Assembly (NCBI RefSeq): GCF_002087085.1
Contig: NZ_MWQY01000006.1
Location: forward strand, 124,001-188,000
Direction: 5' to 3'
Length of the DNA stretch: 64,000 nucleotides
Under the pieces are notes generated by a model. The model was not told where the DNA came from and searched no databases. It saw nothing but the letters and a program-made list of their open reading frames with translations. A program made the translations under genes and the position numbers. Below are positions 61,789-64,000 of the stretch, in pieces; position 1 is the stretch's first letter; each line of letters opens with the position of its first letter.

Positions 61789-63432
61789 ATGAAGAAAATG
61801 GCCAGAGCAGCTGATCCAGTCACTCCTCACGCTTTTTCCGGGGACCTCTCCCTGGGAATGAGCCTTCTGCTGCTGATGGCAGGCCTCATGACGCCCCTGG
61901 GATTTCCTCTCACTCCCTGGCTAACCTATCCGGTCCTTGTTCTCCCCATGTTCTTTTTCATGCTGAACGGGCTTGTCCGCGGTACGCTGTTCAGCCTGCT
62001 GTTTCTGGGGCTCTTTTATTTTGAGGTCTCCTTTCTGCTGCCCTATTCTTCCTCCGGGGTCTATACAGTGGAGCTGCGGCTGATCTCGGCCATGATCCTG
62101 GTCAACATACCAGCCGCATGGCTGCAGCAGCGCTACAGAAACCGGGGAAACCGTCATCTGGCACGACTCCTCTATTCTGATCAGCTCACCGGCCTGCCGA
62201 ATCGAAATCAGCTGATAAAGGATGTTCAGCATATTCGCACCCCCATACTGTTCCTGATCAATATTGATGACTTCAAGGAGATAAATGATGTTTTCAGTCC
62301 CAAGGCTGGAGACACGATCCTCAGGGAACTTGCAGAGCTGATTCAGTCGGTTATTCGGGATCTTCCCTGCTCATATTACAAACTGACCGCCGATGAATTT
62401 GCCCTGCTCTTCGAGAACTCCGGGGACTTTTCCACCCGGCAGCAGTTGAGCATCCTGGCTGAAACCCTGAGCAGTCGTATTGCGGCCCAGGAGTTCTCCA
62501 TCGACGAAAGCGAGATACGCCTGAGGGTGAGCATAGGTATTGGTGACTCCCGCATAAACGAAAACGACAATGTTCTTGCCCAGGCAGATATGGCCCTGAA
62601 GACGGCGAAAAAGATCCATAAGCCCTACCTCTTCTTTACCCAGACCATCGATACCCGGGAGAATTACCACAAAAACATCCACTCATTGAAGGTATTGACC
62701 GAGGCCCTGGAACATAACAGGATTGTTCCCTACTACATGGCCATAATAAACAGCAACACCGGCCAACCGGAATCCTATGAATGCCTTGCACGACTCATCG
62801 ATCCCGACGGCGTGGTATACCCTCCTCACTTTTTTCTGGAGATCTCAAAAAAGGCACGCCTCTACTCCCTGATTACCCGGATGGTCTTCAGAAAAGCCGC
62901 GGACTACTTTAACGATCTGCCCTATCAGTTCACCGTCAATATCTCCATGGACGATATGGATGACCCCGAAACTGTTTCCACCATTCTGGAAATCCTGGAA
63001 ACCCATCCAAAACTGCATAACCGGGTGATTTTTGAGATTCTTGAGTCGGAAAGCATCAATAATTATCCCCAGGTTATGACCTTTATCCAGCTGGTAAAGA
63101 CCTACGGCTGCAAAATTGCTATTGATGATTTCGGCTCCGGCTACTCCAACTTCGAGAACGTTTCCCGACTGAGGGTGGATTATCTGAAGATAAACGGCGC
63201 CCTTGTCCGCAATATCGTCCGCAGCCCGCAGAACCGCTTCATTGTTGAAAATATCCACAATTTTGCCGTCGGTCTCGGAATAAAGACTGTCGCAGAATAC
63301 GTGGAAGACGAGTCCATCCTGCAGCACCTCAAGCGCATGAAGATTGACTACCTCCAGGGCTATTATTTCGGAGCTCCGGCGGAGGATATCCTGCCCGTTT
63401 CTGAAGACAGATTGCTGCAGACCCTAAAATAG
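61789..63432 (+). CDS. Membrane GGDEF(degenerate)-EAL phosphodiesterase
   Basis: N-terminal TMs; TADEF in place of GGDEF; ECL, EILESE, DDFGSGYSNF, AEYVE, QGY. Confidence 0.9.
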   Translation: MKKMARAADPVTPHAFSGDLSLGMSLLLLMAGLMTPLGFPLTPWLTYPVLVLPMFFFMLNGLVRGTLFSLLFLGLFYFEVSFLLPYSSSGVYTVELRLISAMILVNIPAAWLQQRYRNRGNRHLARLLYSDQLTGLPNRNQLIKDVQHIRTPILFLINIDDFKEINDVFSPKAGDTILRELAELIQSVIRDLPCSYYKLTADEFALLFENSGDFSTRQQLSILAETLSSRIAAQEFSIDESEIRLRVSIGIGDSRINENDNVLAQADMALKTAKKIHKPYLFFTQTIDTRENYHKNIHSLKVLTEALEHNRIVPYYMAIINSNTGQPESYECLARLIDPDGVVYPPHFFLEISKKARLYSLITRMVFRKAADYFNDLPYQFTVNISMDDMDDPETVSTILEILETHPKLHNRVIFEILESESINNYPQVMTFIQLVKTYGCKIAIDDFGSGYSNFENVSRLRVDYLKINGALVRNIVRSPQNRFIVENIHNFAVGLGIKTVAEYVEDESILQHLKRMKIDYLQGYYFGAPAEDILPVSEDRLLQTLK

Positions 63433-63446
63433 GTTACCTTAACAGC

Positions 63447-64000
63447 ATGGTAACAGAAGAAATGATCAAACAGCTGCCCAAGGTGGAGCTTCACGACCAT
63501 CTCGACGGCAGCCTGCGGCCCCGGACCATACTGGAGCTCGCGGAAAAAGAGGGCGTCCAGCTGCCCGCCGCCACCCCCGAAGAGCTGGCAGCCTGGTTTC
63601 ACCGGGGAGCCGACCGGAAGAGCCTCTCCCTCTATCTTGAAGGCTTTGCCTACACAACCGCCCTCATGCAGTCCAGAGAATCCCTGCGCCGGGTGGCCCG
63701 GGAACATATGCATACCCTGGCGGAGGACAACGTTGTCTACGGGGAAATACGTTTTGCCCCCTGTCTGCACCAGAAGCAGGGGTTGAACATTGAAGAGGTG
63801 GTCAAATCGGTTCTCGAAGGACTTGATGAGGGAAGCCAGGAAACCGGCGTAAAATACGGACTGATCCTCTGCGCCATGCGTCACCAGAAGGTCTCTCTGG
63901 AGATTGCCGAACTGGCGGTAGCCTTCCGTTCACGGGGCGTCGTCGGCTTCGATATTGCCGGAGACGAATTCGGGCACCCCCCCAAAAAACATCTCGACGC
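63447..64000 (+). CDS. add: Adenosine deaminase (runs off the window end)
   Basis: Manual translation MVTEEMIKQLPKVELHDHLDGSLRP...YGEIRFAP...LILCAMR...VVGFDIAGDE. Confidence 0.92.
   Translation, partial: MVTEEMIKQLPKVELHDHLDGSLRPRTILELAEKEGVQLPAATPEELAAWFHRGADRKSLSLYLEGFAYTTALMQSRESLRRVAREHMHTLAEDNVVYGEIRFAPCLHQKQGLNIEEVVKSVLEGLDEGSQETGVKYGLILCAMRHQKVSLEIAELAVAFRSRGVVGFDIAGDEFGHPPKKHLD

Overview
Ordinary-looking, gene-dense chromosomal region of a moderately GC-rich bacterium. The protein styles (TrkA with an internal insertion, GH13-GT5 fusion, several GGDEF/EAL proteins, an MCP) suggest a free-living spirochaete; this is inference only. About 52 CDS: ROK kinase (partial), TetR-RND efflux operon, typA, ArsR-P1B ATPase, BrnQ-like carrier plus serine hydrolase, DeoR, metE/metR, TIGR00300-type enzyme, DUF1015-serC, a UPF0182 pseudogene, GH88-like hydrolase, four c-di-GMP enzymes, Sua5, trxB, trkAH, amino-acid ABC transporter, RRM protein, CE7 esterase, groES/groL, ferritin and adenosine deaminase (partial). 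I saw no rRNA, tRNA, CRISPR array, transposase, integrase or phage gene. Main observations: (i) a ~150-bp palindromic MITE-like repeat with two related copies and two terminal remnants; (ii) a consensus sigma-54 promoter, and no CIRCE, before groES; (iii) a transaldolase-like protein lacking its catalytic residues, between two c-di-GMP genes; (iv) a 1632-aa amylase/glycogen-synthase fusion; (v) a PhnD-like binding protein coupled to a diguanylate cyclase; (vi) an RND pump lacking the proton-relay aspartates; (vii) several apparently leaderless genes. All family assignments come from motif recognition by eye; no database search was run.
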